A program made the translations under genes and the position numbers. From assembly GCA_045597505.1 (NCBI GenBank), contig JAZLKE010000030.1:2042-66041 (forward strand): 64,000 nt of DNA, written 5' to 3'. Source of the DNA: Clostridia bacterium. Lineage in GTDB: Bacteria > Bacillota > Clostridia > Christensenellales > UBA1242. The notes under the pieces are model-generated. The model worked only from the letters and a program-made list of their open reading frames with translations. It made no database searches and was not told where the DNA came from. Positions 25,743 through 35,114 of the stretch are shown here, in pieces (position 1 is the stretch's first letter; each line of letters starts with the position of its first letter).

Positions 25743-25772
25743 TTGATTTTGCTGAATGCACTGTGATAAAAT
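25743..25772 (+). promoter_or_regulatory. Predicted sigma-70 promoter (leadered) of the 86-aa ORF
   Basis: TTGATT (25743..25748), 18 nt spacer, TGaTAAAAT extended -10 (25764..25772). It is followed by a leader carrying SD AAAGGGGG. Confidence 0.55.
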
Positions 25773-25796
25773 GTACATAAAGATAAAGGGGGCGTT

Positions 25797-26057
25797 ATGT
25801 CGAACAAATTTACTAAATTTATGCAAGAACTCTTTTTACCGATTTATTGTAAACAAGAAAAAGAGACAATGGTTAATTTGTCGGGAAATTTAACTCTGAT
25901 AATGGTTGAAAATACAAACCGTGATTACGAGATGGGCGATAAGGCTTTTACGGTTAAAGATTATGCTTGTGTACGGTCGGTAGAAGATTTGGCGAACTTA
26001 TCCGAAAAAGAACGTACAATGCAAGCAACGGCTTATGCGATAAAATGCAGACTTTAA
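25797..26057 (+). CDS. Hypothetical protein (86 aa)
   Basis: ORF with its own promoter and a strong SD. No recognisable motif. Confidence 0.45.
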   Translation: MSNKFTKFMQELFLPIYCKQEKETMVNLSGNLTLIMVENTNRDYEMGDKAFTVKDYACVRSVEDLANLSEKERTMQATAYAIKCRL

Positions 26058-26106
26058 TTAAACGACCAAATGAAATTGGAATGACTTTGTAAGTTAAAAA
26101 ATTGAT

Positions 26107-26146
26107 TTGTCTAAAATATTATGATTGATATATACTAACCGTAGAC
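26107..26146 (+). promoter_or_regulatory. Possible promoter of the large surface-protein gene (near-leaderless)
   Basis: TTGTCT (26107..26112), 18 nt spacer, TATACT (26131..26136), 10 nt, ATG 26147. No SD. Weaker match than the others. Confidence 0.35.
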
Positions 26147-29100
26147 ATGGGGGCACAACATAAGAAATTTAATGGTTTACGTATCAGTATTTTAAGTGTA
26201 CTGGTAGTGTTAGCTTTTTTAATGTCAGGTGTTGGCGTATGGATAATTGACTTGGAAAATACGTTTGCGCCTATTTTGAAATTGAATGCGTCCGATGATC
26301 CACAACAAAATAATAATTCAGAATTTAATCCAGAATCTGTCGATCGTTATTGGGGTACTGTTGATGGTGAATATGATGACCGTGATGGTATTCGCAGTGG
26401 TGGTTTCGCAGAACGTAAAGACAAGGTTTGTTACATTCGTACGCCAGGTGAATTGGCTTTTATGCGTTATGTTATTACAACTTCTGGTAAAGCAAGTACA
26501 ACCGAAAATTATGATGGTTATACTTTTATTTTGGAAAACGATATTGATTTAAGTATTGCCAGTCATAATGTAAAAGACGAAAACAATAACAGTGTAGAAT
26601 TGCATCCTTATTGGGCGCCGATTGAAATTGATGCTTTGGGAACTGGTAAAAACAAGAACATCGTTTTTGATGGTAATGGCAAAACAATTACTGGTATGAA
26701 AATTAAATATGATGGTATCACTACGGCAAAAAATGCTGGATTTTTTGCATCAATGATTGGTGGTGCTGTTATGAATGTAACTTTTAAGGATCCGGAAATT
26801 ATTTATAATTATAATGGAATCAGTGTAAAAGATGACGATCCGAATCGTCCAACCGAACCGAGTGAAATTTGCATTGGCGTGATTGCAGGTGAGGCTGAAA
26901 GTACTTACATCAATAATGTTGAAATTGTTAATCCGAAAATTACCTTCACCAGTGATAATGTGAATGCACATAATTTCTGTGTGGGTAATGCCGTCGGTAA
27001 ATTGTCATTAACCCGTAAAAACAAAGAAACGACGATTAACACGTTTTCACCTAAACAATGGGGGTTGGATAAGGTCAAAGTTTGCAAAGAAGATGCTAAG
27101 ACGCCAACCATGACAATTACAATCAATAAAGGCGTTGAAACATATGACAACGAGATGGGACAAACGGTAACCACTAATTTGGGTAAAGCGACATATGGTT
27201 ATTTTGGTGGTTTGGTTGGTGCCAATGTTACAAGTAAGATTATCAACTCGACCATTCAAGATGCAGTAATTACTCCAGTGATTGCTGATGATGTTGCGGG
27301 TACTTATTATGTTGGTGGTATTGCTGGGTATAGTACTCAAATTGCAGCGGGTGAAACTTTAGTTGTGGCAGCTGGGTTGTACAATAATTTGGTCTTGAAC
27401 GTTAACTTAGGAACAATAACTGATAGCAATACGCGCTATTGGGGTAACTTGATTGGTCAAATTTTCATGGGCAGTTGGGCTTATAACAACTTGGTGATTG
27501 GTGCGACAAATAATTCGAATATCTTGTGGGGTAATGTGTCCAACTCTAAGGTGGTTTATGATGTTGTACATAATGTTGATCACTGTATTGGACATGTTTT
27601 GGGTGGATTTGATCCATATTATTTAGTAGATTACGCCCATAATGATTTACGTCATCGCGGTTCTGGTTGTGCCGCACAATATTCAAATGAATATTGTTCT
27701 GTTCATCAAGAAAGAACGGGTGTTGACAGAAGTGTGAAAATTGATAATGACACTTACTCATTTGGTACAGAAGAAGATATGTCAAATTACAATTTTACTT
27801 TTGCAAGTTTAAGTGTTTTCAATAGTAGCGTGTTTGTAACTGACAAAAAATATGAGTTGGCAGCTGGTGCAATTAATGATAGTTCATTTTTTGATTTAAT
27901 GAGTAACGTGGCGGATTACAAATTAAAAAGTGATTCAAGCCAAATTAAAAAGGGGTTGTTGTTTAATGTGGCATTGCCAATTTTAACTTACGAAATTGGT
28001 TTGACTGTAAATGAAACAAATCCTAACGGTGAACCTTTGGGTGCGGAAGATAAATTATATGAAGCCGTTTATCAATTCTGCCGTTGGTCGACCAGCCCAC
28101 TTGGTTTTGGTAAATATTTCGGTGAAAAATATAACATAACTTTTGATTCTGCTGGTTTCGATGGTGAACATGGTTATACTAATGAAACTGGTGTCGGAAC
28201 AATTTCCACTCCGCATTTTAGTGCTGATAATACTGGTGTTGGTAGTGATGTTGATGTTAGAATTGTTGAACGCAGTTATCAACAATTGGTTTATCCAGTA
28301 GAAGACCCAGTTTGCGAAGGTTACAAATTCTTGGGTTGGAAAATTAAAGGTTATACCAGTGGTTTGACTTCGACGATTGACGAGAGTAATAGGGGATTGA
28401 GTTCGTTGGTTGACGAAAACGGTTTTTATAAATTTGATGAACGTGTTTCAACTAACCGCGCCTTGGTGGCCATTTGGAAATTAGATCAATTCTACATTAA
28501 CTATTGGTATGTTGATCCCGAAGGTAAAGAGGAAAACCGTTTATTAAATGACAACACTGAAACAGTAACTGTTGAGGGTCAGGAAGTTACAAAACATTAT
28601 TCGTACAAAGTTTCGTACAATGACGTGATGCCAAAATTGGAAAACCAAACTTCAGATAAAGGTTACGAATTCCGTGGTTGGTATGAAGATGTTAGCGCAA
28701 AAGGTATTGTAGATGAATTAGATCGTCATTATTTCTTAGATGAAAATGGTAACGAAATTAATAAAAGAATGCCAGGGCGTCATCTTGATTTGTATACTGG
28801 TTGGGAAGATAGTTTTAATACATTACGCAAAACTGTTTATGACAAAGTTTATGTTGAATATAATGAACACTATTTAGATTATTTTGACAATATTTTAGGC
28901 GCGGCTTATCATAGTGCTTATACTGCCGCGGCTGATGCTATGCGCGATTTGGATAAGTCACGTACTACGGAGTTATTGACTAATTTGCGCCAAAACTTTT
29001 CCATCTTGAAAGTTGAACCGAAAAAATTGATTTATATCAATGAGTCAGAAGGAAAATTCCAACCAGCTTTTGATCCAAGCAAAAAAGAAAATTCCTGTCC

Positions 29101-29794
29101 GTTCTTGTATGATAAGAATGCGTACTTGGAATATATGACAATTAAAGAACAAGTAGAAAAATATGCTAAAACCGATCCGTATGCCGATTTGAGATGGGAC
29201 AGTGAAAACGAACGTAAGACGAAATATAAAGATGTAATTGATCGTTATGTTTTCTATTATGAACGTTTGAATAAATCGTTCAATGCTTTAGCGTTGAATT
29301 TAAAAGATAGCGTGATTTCGGCTGGTGGTTTGAGTTCAAAAGAAGTTAAGGATTTAATTGCGCGATACGAGGATTTGGAAGCACGTTACAAAGAACTTTA
29401 CGACACTGGTAAGTATGCCTTGTATGATGTGAAAGAATTGGAAGTTGCGGAAAAAGAGGCAAAAGATTGTTGGGTTGAGTACAGTCGTAATTTGGGCTTA
29501 AAAGAAATCAAGTCTGTTGTAGAAAACTATGCAACTGCGTTTAGTAATTTGAAAACCAAGAATGCTGTATCCGATGAAAATAATACTCAAAACGGCGCAA
29601 AGGAAGGTGGTTTGGGAATTTCGCCAATCGTTTTGAGTGTGATTGTGGTGGCTTTGTTGGCGGTAGTAACTTTTGGATATATTGGCTTTGACTTCGGATT
29701 AAATAAACGTCGTGTTGCCAAAAACCGTGCTGCAGGAATTTTACCAGTTGTTGAAGAAAAATCGAAAAACGACGATGATGATACTTATATCTAA
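26147..29794 (+). CDS. Large (1215 aa) cell-surface protein with GLUG-type and Listeria-Bacteroides (Flg_new/InlB B-repeat)-type repeats and a C-terminal TM anchor
   Basis: N-terminal signal/anchor LRISILSVLVVLAFLMSGVGVWII. GLUG-like YFGGLVGAN and YVGGIAGYS. Flg_new-like CEGYKFLGWKIKG and DKGYEFRGWYED. Helical C-terminal third, then TM ISPIVLSVIVVALLAVVTFGYIGF followed by basic NKRRVAKNR. Confidence 0.7.
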   Translation: MGAQHKKFNGLRISILSVLVVLAFLMSGVGVWIIDLENTFAPILKLNASDDPQQNNNSEFNPESVDRYWGTVDGEYDDRDGIRSGGFAERKDKVCYIRTPGELAFMRYVITTSGKASTTENYDGYTFILENDIDLSIASHNVKDENNNSVELHPYWAPIEIDALGTGKNKNIVFDGNGKTITGMKIKYDGITTAKNAGFFASMIGGAVMNVTFKDPEIIYNYNGISVKDDDPNRPTEPSEICIGVIAGEAESTYINNVEIVNPKITFTSDNVNAHNFCVGNAVGKLSLTRKNKETTINTFSPKQWGLDKVKVCKEDAKTPTMTITINKGVETYDNEMGQTVTTNLGKATYGYFGGLVGANVTSKIINSTIQDAVITPVIADDVAGTYYVGGIAGYSTQIAAGETLVVAAGLYNNLVLNVNLGTITDSNTRYWGNLIGQIFMGSWAYNNLVIGATNNSNILWGNVSNSKVVYDVVHNVDHCIGHVLGGFDPYYLVDYAHNDLRHRGSGCAAQYSNEYCSVHQERTGVDRSVKIDNDTYSFGTEEDMSNYNFTFASLSVFNSSVFVTDKKYELAAGAINDSSFFDLMSNVADYKLKSDSSQIKKGLLFNVALPILTYEIGLTVNETNPNGEPLGAEDKLYEAVYQFCRWSTSPLGFGKYFGEKYNITFDSAGFDGEHGYTNETGVGTISTPHFSADNTGVGSDVDVRIVERSYQQLVYPVEDPVCEGYKFLGWKIKGYTSGLTSTIDESNRGLSSLVDENGFYKFDERVSTNRALVAIWKLDQFYINYWYVDPEGKEENRLLNDNTETVTVEGQEVTKHYSYKVSYNDVMPKLENQTSDKGYEFRGWYEDVSAKGIVDELDRHYFLDENGNEINKRMPGRHLDLYTGWEDSFNTLRKTVYDKVYVEYNEHYLDYFDNILGAAYHSAYTAAADAMRDLDKSRTTELLTNLRQNFSILKVEPKKLIYINESEGKFQPAFDPSKKENSCPFLYDKNAYLEYMTIKEQVEKYAKTDPYADLRWDSENERKTKYKDVIDRYVFYYERLNKSFNALALNLKDSVISAGGLSSKEVKDLIARYEDLEARYKELYDTGKYALYDVKELEVAEKEAKDCWVEYSRNLGLKEIKSVVENYATAFSNLKTKNAVSDENNTQNGAKEGGLGISPIVLSVIVVALLAVVTFGYIGFDFGLNKRRVAKNRAAGILPVVEEKSKNDDDDTYI

Positions 29795-29899
29795 GCTGAG
29801 AAAATGTTTGACAAAAACAGTAAAAATATGCTTTACAAAATTATTTTCTTGTTGTAAACTAATCGTTATTGTGGATTTATCAGCGGGGAGGATTGTTTT

Positions 29900-30148
29900 T
29901 TGAGTAAGGTCGATGCGATCGAAGTGGAGGGCATTGTCATTGAAGTTATGCGTAATGCTAAGTTCAAAGTCAAATTGTCCAATGGTCATGTGATTATGGC
30001 TTACTTATCCGGAAAACTTTACAAAAATAACATTAAGGTCCTTGAAGGTGATATGGTCAAGTTGGAAATTTCGCCTTATGATTTGAACAACGGCCGTATT
30101 ACATGGCGCAGTAAATCTGTAATTGAGAACGGAGGAAATGGACAATGA
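29900..30148 (+). CDS. infA: Translation initiation factor IF-1
   Basis: TTG start after [40 protein letters not shown]...GRITWR is the S1-like IF-1 signature. ~10 aa C-terminal extension that carries the rpmJ SD. Confidence 0.9.
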   Translation: MSKVDAIEVEGIVIEVMRNAKFKVKLSNGHVIMAYLSGKLYKNNIKVLEGDMVKLEISPYDLNNGRITWRSKSVIENGGNGQ

Positions 30149-30279
30149 AAGTGAGAAGTGGAGTAAAACCAATTTGCAACAAATGCAAGGTTATTAAACG
30201 CAACGGTACTGTGATGGTTATTTGTGAAAATCCAAAACATAAACAACGCCAACCGCGTCCGTCCAAATCACCGCGATAA
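30145..30279 (+). CDS. rpmJ: 50S ribosomal protein L36 (below the ORF-track size cut-off)
   Basis: Translated by hand: [52 protein letters not shown]. The ATG overlaps the infA stop (ATGA). 7-aa C-terminal extension relative to the usual ...KHKQRQG end. Confidence 0.85.
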   Translation: MKVRSGVKPICNKCKVIKRNGTVMVICENPKHKQRQPRPSKSPR

Positions 30280-30292
30280 GGCAAAAAATTCT

Positions 30293-30330
30293 CGCACACC
30301 CCGCGCGGCAATTTTGGGGTGCGCGCTTTT
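30293..30330 (+). terminator. GC-rich hairpin plus T-tract between rpmJ and rpsM (terminator/attenuator candidate)
   Basis: CGCACACCCC (30293..30302) pairs with GGGGTGCGCG (30316..30325), giving 9 bp with 1 mismatch, then TTTT. The loop CGCGCGG can alternatively pair with GCGCGC at 30321..30326. Confidence 0.5.
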
Positions 30331-30358
30331 ATATATAATTTAGAAAAAGGAGAAAATA

Positions 30359-30727
30359 ATGGCAAGAATTAGTGGTGTGGATATACCAAAAGACAAATGT
30401 ATCAAATTTGCTTTGACATATATCTATGGCATTGGTGAAAAAACGGCAGATAAAATCTGTGCTGAATGCAAGGTTGATCCAACCATTCGCACAAAAGATG
30501 TGCCGGAAGCAAAAATTAACGAAATCAGAACTTACATTGATAAGAATCTTAAAACGGAAGGTGACCTTCGTCGTGAAGTATCTTTGGATATTAAACGTTT
30601 AACCGAAATCGGGTGTTATCGTGGTATCCGTCATCGTAAAGGTTTACCAGTTCGTGGTCAATCAACTAAACAAAACGCGCGTACGCGCAAAGGTCCAAAG
30701 AAAATGGTTATCAGGACCAAGGCATAA
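30359..30727 (+). CDS. rpsM: 30S ribosomal protein S13
   Basis: [13 protein letters not shown]..., strong SD AAGGAG, conserved operon position. Confidence 0.95.
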   Translation: MARISGVDIPKDKCIKFALTYIYGIGEKTADKICAECKVDPTIRTKDVPEAKINEIRTYIDKNLKTEGDLRREVSLDIKRLTEIGCYRGIRHRKGLPVRGQSTKQNARTRKGPKKMVIRTKA

Positions 30728-30745
30728 GGAGTGAGGAGGAAATAA

Positions 30746-31162
30746 ATGGCAGAAGCAAAATCTAATGCACCGATGAAAAAAAAGCCAGCCACCAAGCGTA
30801 AAGCGAAAAAAACTTTGAACGCGAAAGGTAAGGCTTACATCAATGCGTCATTCAATAACACAATCGTGACTTTGACCGATGACCAAGGCAACGTAATCAA
30901 CTGGGCCAGTGCGGGTGTCGCCGGTTTTAAAGGAAGTCGTAAATCAACTCCATTCGCTGCACAAACTACCGCAGAAAAAGCGGCTGCAATTGCAAAAGAA
31001 ATGGGTTTATTAAAAGTCGATGTTTTTGTTAAGGGTCCGGGGGCAGGTCGTGAAAACGCTATCCGTGCACTTAACCAAGCAGGTTTAGAAGTGTTGTCGA
31101 TTACTGATACTTCACCAGTTGCTCATAACGGTTGTCGACCACCTAAGAGAAGGAGGAAATAA
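30746..31162 (+). CDS. rpsK: 30S ribosomal protein S11
   Basis: [18 protein letters not shown] and [13 protein letters not shown] motifs. Confidence 0.95.
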   Translation: MAEAKSNAPMKKKPATKRKAKKTLNAKGKAYINASFNNTIVTLTDDQGNVINWASAGVAGFKGSRKSTPFAAQTTAEKAAAIAKEMGLLKVDVFVKGPGAGRENAIRALNQAGLEVLSITDTSPVAHNGCRPPKRRRK

Positions 31163-31164
31163 TC

Positions 31165-31785
31165 ATGGCGAAATATGTTGGACCAGATTGCCGTCTTTGC
31201 CGTCGCGAAGGTTGCAAATTATTTTTAAAGGGTGAACGTTGCTTATCCGCTAAATGCGCGATGGAAAAACGCCCAGTCGTTCCAGGTCAACACGGCTTGG
31301 CACGTAAAAAAGAAAAAGAATATGGTACCCAATTGCGTGAAAAACAAAAAGTTAAACGCGCTTATGGCTTACAAGAAAAACAATTCCATTTCTTGTATGA
31401 AAAAGCTGCGAACGCAAATGGTCGTACTGGTGACAATTTGTTGTCGTTTTTGGAACGTCGTTTGGATAATGTTGTTTATCGTATGGGTATTGCGGACAGC
31501 CGTAGTGAAGCTCGTCAATTGGTTTCACACGGACACATTACCGTTAATGGTAAAAGCGTAAATATTCCGTCTTACTTAGTTGAAAAAGGCGATGTTATTG
31601 CAATTAAAGAAAACAAGAAAGATTTGGAAATTTTCAAAGTTTTGAAAGACCAAAAAATGAGTTTACCAAAATGGTTGGAATTTTCGGGCGCTAAATTGTC
31701 TGGTAAAGTTTTGGAATTACCAACCCGTGAAGATATTGATTTAAACATCCAAGAAAACTTGATTATTGAGTTGTATTCTAAATAA
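31165..31785 (+). CDS. rpsD: 30S ribosomal protein S4 (zinc-ribbon form)
   Basis: MAKYVGPDCRLCRREGCKLFLKGERC..AKC N-terminus, then an S4 RNA-binding domain (RLDNVVYRMG). Confidence 0.95.
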   Translation: MAKYVGPDCRLCRREGCKLFLKGERCLSAKCAMEKRPVVPGQHGLARKKEKEYGTQLREKQKVKRAYGLQEKQFHFLYEKAANANGRTGDNLLSFLERRLDNVVYRMGIADSRSEARQLVSHGHITVNGKSVNIPSYLVEKGDVIAIKENKKDLEIFKVLKDQKMSLPKWLEFSGAKLSGKVLELPTREDIDLNIQENLIIELYSK

Positions 31786-31816
31786 AATGTAATTTGAAAG
31801 AAGGGAGAAAATTATT

Positions 31817-32788
31817 ATGTTAAAAATGGAATTGATGAAACCGAAAATTACGGTGAACGAAAGCACCGGCGCGAAAAGTGCGCACTTTATTATTGAACCT
31901 TTGGAACGTGGTTATGGCACGACTTTAGGTAACATGATTCGTCGCGTTTCTTTGGGAAATTTGCCTGGTACTGCCGTTACCGCTATCCGTATTAACGGTG
32001 TCAATAACGAGTTTTCAACCGTAAAAGGTGTAGTCGAAGATGTGACCGACATTGTCTTGAATGTCAAGAGTTTGATTTTGAAGGCTTTGACCGACGATTT
32101 GAACTACACAACAACTATGCATATTAACAAAAAGACCGCAGGTCCGATCTATGCAAAAGATATTGAACATGATAGTTTGGTAGAAATTTGCAACCCAGAT
32201 TTGGTTATTGCTACCTTGGACAGCAATACCGAATTCAAAATGGAATTATCGGTTGCACGTGGTCGTGGTTATGTGGTTGCTAAGGACCAAAAAGGTGCGC
32301 ATGACAGCATTGGTTACATTGCTGTGGACAGTCTTTACAGCCCAGTTGTTAAATGCAACTATTTCGTTGAACCAAGCCGTGTTGGTGGCGATATGAACTA
32401 TGATAAATTAACGGTTGAGTTGACAACCAATGGTAGCGTAGAAGCCAAAGAAGTTGTTGCTTTGGCGGCTAAGTTAATCCAAGACCATTTGACTTTGTTA
32501 ATCAATATGGTTGAAGGTATGGCGGGTCACAATACCTTTGTGGAAAGCAAAGAAGAAACCGTGGAAAAGATTTTTGAAACCAGCATTGAAGATATGGAAC
32601 TTTCGCCGCGCAGTGCTAACTGCTTGAATCGTGCGAATATTAAAACAATTCGTGATTTGACCAGCAAATCGAAAGAAGATATGTTGCGCGTTCGTAACTT
32701 GGGTTCTAAGAGTCTTGACGAAATTATTTCTAAATTGGCAAGTCTTGGCTTGTCATTAAGAACATCAGAAGAGGAGGGGAACTTTTAA
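31817..32788 (+). CDS. rpoA: DNA-directed RNA polymerase subunit alpha
   Basis: GYGTTLGNMIRRVSLGNLPG N-terminal domain and C-terminal domain ELSPRSANCLNRANIKTIRDL. Confidence 0.95.
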   Translation: MLKMELMKPKITVNESTGAKSAHFIIEPLERGYGTTLGNMIRRVSLGNLPGTAVTAIRINGVNNEFSTVKGVVEDVTDIVLNVKSLILKALTDDLNYTTTMHINKKTAGPIYAKDIEHDSLVEICNPDLVIATLDSNTEFKMELSVARGRGYVVAKDQKGAHDSIGYIAVDSLYSPVVKCNYFVEPSRVGGDMNYDKLTVELTTNGSVEAKEVVALAAKLIQDHLTLLINMVEGMAGHNTFVESKEETVEKIFETSIEDMELSPRSANCLNRANIKTIRDLTSKSKEDMLRVRNLGSKSLDEIISKLASLGLSLRTSEEEGNF

Positions 32789-33297
32789 TGAAACCAGCGA
32801 AATTAGGACGCGAAACTTCGCAACACATGGCCATTTTGCGTAACCAAGTTTCAACTTTGTTTTGGACTGGTCGCGTTGCTACTACTTATGCACGCGCAAA
32901 GGCTACCGCAGCTTTAGCGGAAAAATATTTAACTTTGGCGATTAACTCTTATACCGATACGGTTACTGTGGAAAAAGAATTTACCGATAAAAAAGGTGTT
33001 AAGAGCAAACGTAAAGTTTTGGTGGATGGTCCAAAAAAATTGGCTGCCCGCCGCGAATTGATGGCTCATCTTTATGACTATCAAGAAATTCGTAGCAAAG
33101 ACGAAAGCAAAAAAAGTTTTGAAAAACGTACTCAAAATATTAACCACCCAATCATTGAAAAAATCTTTAATGAATTGGCGCCGAAATATGCGAAACGCAT
33201 TAAAGAAACTGGCAGTGCTGGTGGTTATACCCGCGTTTTGAAAACTGGTATCCGCAAAGGCGACGATGCGATGACCGCGGTTGTTGAATTAATTTAA
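32788..33297 (+). CDS. rplQ: 50S ribosomal protein L17 (long form with internal insertion)
   Basis: KLGRETSQHMAILRNQVSTL and C-terminal GGYTRVLKTGIRKGDDAMTAVVELI. ~50 aa Lys-rich insertion between them (169 aa total). Confidence 0.9.
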   Translation: MKPAKLGRETSQHMAILRNQVSTLFWTGRVATTYARAKATAALAEKYLTLAINSYTDTVTVEKEFTDKKGVKSKRKVLVDGPKKLAARRELMAHLYDYQEIRSKDESKKSFEKRTQNINHPIIEKIFNELAPKYAKRIKETGSAGGYTRVLKTGIRKGDDAMTAVVELI

Positions 33298-33548
33298 CTT
33301 ACTTCGTCAATCCGAACTTCACCGCATAAAACATCATTGTAAGAATATGAAAGGCATGGAATTCGTTCTGTGCCTTTTTCTTTGCTTTTTAAGCGGACGA
33401 TAAAGACACTGGGAAAAGTGTTTTCAATGGTGCCAGCGTATTTGGAAACGCGCTTGCGACCACGGCAAACCGACATGTTTATGTCTTTACCTAACATGGC
33501 GTGAATTTTGGCCTTGATGGCTTCAATGGATTGTGTTTTTTTACGCAT
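33294..33548 (-). CDS. veg: Veg-family protein (DUF1021)
   Basis: 84 aa from ATG 33548. IKAKIHAMLGKDINMSVCRGRKRVSKYAGTIENTFPSVFIV matches the Veg pattern. 3' end overlaps the rplQ stop by 4 nt. Confidence 0.75.
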   Translation of the reverse strand: MRKKTQSIEAIKAKIHAMLGKDINMSVCRGRKRVSKYAGTIENTFPSVFIVRLKSKEKGTERIPCLSYSYNDVLCGEVRIDEVS

Positions 33549-33593
33549 ACTTGAATTATTGACCAAATATACTTTTGGTATAGGGGGAATATC

Positions 33594-35114
33594 ATGGAAG
33601 TTTTGAAAGAAAATTTGGTCGAACAGGAATTGGTATCGTTGGACAATATTCAAATGAAATTGGAAAGCAAAATTGCTTTACCAGAAAACACAAAAAAATT
33701 GTTGGCGGTAAATTGCCAATTGTTAGGACAAAAGTCGCAAGTAGTTAATAATGAAATCGTCTTGACAGGTAATTTGGTGTCGCGGTTAGTGTTTATTAAC
33801 GAATTTGAAAAATATGACAGTCAAGATTTTACCGAGACATTTGAAAAGAAAATTGCAGTCAAAGAGGTCGGCGAAATAGGTCAAGTTTTTGCGAGTGCCA
33901 GTTTATTAGATAGTCAATGGCAATTACAAGATAACCAAGTTGTTTTGGATAATTTATTAGGAGTTGATATTCAAAATGTAAAGGCGCATGATTGGCAAGT
34001 TGTTAGCGACCTTGCGGGCGAAGTTGAAGTGCGCAAAACCGAACACCAAGTTTTAACTTTCAATGCTAAATTGAATGAGAAATTTGAGGTAACCGAAAAT
34101 ATTGAATTGGAAAGCAATTGTGAAGGTGTGTTGGGGGTAGATGTAAATTCCAACCTGAAAGATGTAACAGTTACCGACGGCAAAGTTAATCTGAAAGGTA
34201 CTTTGAATGTAAATTTACTGGGCGTAAAAGTTGTTGATAATGTCAGTATGCCATACAATGCAGTACATGAAATCGATTTTTCTAAAGGGGTTACCGCAAA
34301 CGGAGTGACCAGCGAAGATTTGGCTTGCGGTGTGGTTGTGATTGATACGGTGGAAATGCACGTTGAGAATGGTCAAAATGGACCAGTCTTAGTATTAAAA
34401 TTGGAATTAGTTTTCGATGGTTGTGTCTATGGTAATCACAAATTTAACACGGTGGTCGATGCTATTTCTTTTGAACGCGAATTGACTTTTCAGACTGTGC
34501 AAGCAAGCTATTTAGAAGTTTTGCCGCAGGTCAATACAACTGTGGATATTGAGAACAATATCAACCTAGCCCCAAATACGCCGTATATCGCGCACGTGTT
34601 GGCGGTGGATGGAGCGCGTGTAAACAATTTGACGGTTAGCGCAGCCGATGGCAAAACGATGTTGGAAGGCATGTTAGCGGTGAATATGTTATTGGAAAAT
34701 GAGGAGCATATTATCACGGGCGAACATTACGAAGTGCCTTTCCAAACACATGTGCGTATGGATAATTTGGAACGTGATTATTCAGTTAATGCGATGGTGG
34801 TCCCGTTGATGGTAAATGCTAAGGCGCGTCGTGGTACTGAGTTGTTAATTGATGCACAATTGGGTGTGGTTGTACAAGCCAGCTCGCCAAAACAAATTAC
34901 TTTGGTTAATAACTTGGAAGAAGGGGCGGTTAAGACCGAGGACGGTAGTGCAATTCGGATTTACATTATTGGGGAAAAAGAAAATCTTTGGGATTTGGCA
35001 AAACGTACCAATTTAAGTTGTGCTTCCTTGTTGGAACAAAATCCGAATTTGGAAAACGGTTGTACACCCGGTGAACGCATTGTGGTTTATCGTCACGAAA
35101 ATGTAAACTTATAA
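33594..35114 (+). CDS. DUF3794-like repeat protein with C-terminal LysM domain (spore-coat/cell-wall associated type)
   Basis: SD AGGGGGAA. Beta-rich repeated body. C-terminal LysM IRIYIIGEKENLWDLAKRTNLSCASLLEQNPNL...GERIVVY. Confidence 0.6.
   Translation: MEVLKENLVEQELVSLDNIQMKLESKIALPENTKKLLAVNCQLLGQKSQVVNNEIVLTGNLVSRLVFINEFEKYDSQDFTETFEKKIAVKEVGEIGQVFASASLLDSQWQLQDNQVVLDNLLGVDIQNVKAHDWQVVSDLAGEVEVRKTEHQVLTFNAKLNEKFEVTENIELESNCEGVLGVDVNSNLKDVTVTDGKVNLKGTLNVNLLGVKVVDNVSMPYNAVHEIDFSKGVTANGVTSEDLACGVVVIDTVEMHVENGQNGPVLVLKLELVFDGCVYGNHKFNTVVDAISFERELTFQTVQASYLEVLPQVNTTVDIENNINLAPNTPYIAHVLAVDGARVNNLTVSAADGKTMLEGMLAVNMLLENEEHIITGEHYEVPFQTHVRMDNLERDYSVNAMVVPLMVNAKARRGTELLIDAQLGVVVQASSPKQITLVNNLEEGAVKTEDGSAIRIYIIGEKENLWDLAKRTNLSCASLLEQNPNLENGCTPGERIVVYRHENVNL

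Noticed and set aside
26147-29794. Possibility that the large surface protein is a diversity-generating-retroelement target or carries nucleotide-level tandem repeats
   Set aside because: There is no reverse transcriptase gene and no template/variable repeat pair. I could not see any near-identical DNA repeats; the repeats are protein-motif level only.
29832-29858. Inverted repeat TTTACAA-N13-TTGTAAA upstream of infA, together with a TTGACA at 29808
   Set aside because: The stem is 7 bp and A/T-only, which is expected by chance in this A+T-rich spacer. No acceptable -10 lies at 16-18 bp from the TTGACA, so neither an operator nor a promoter call is supportable.
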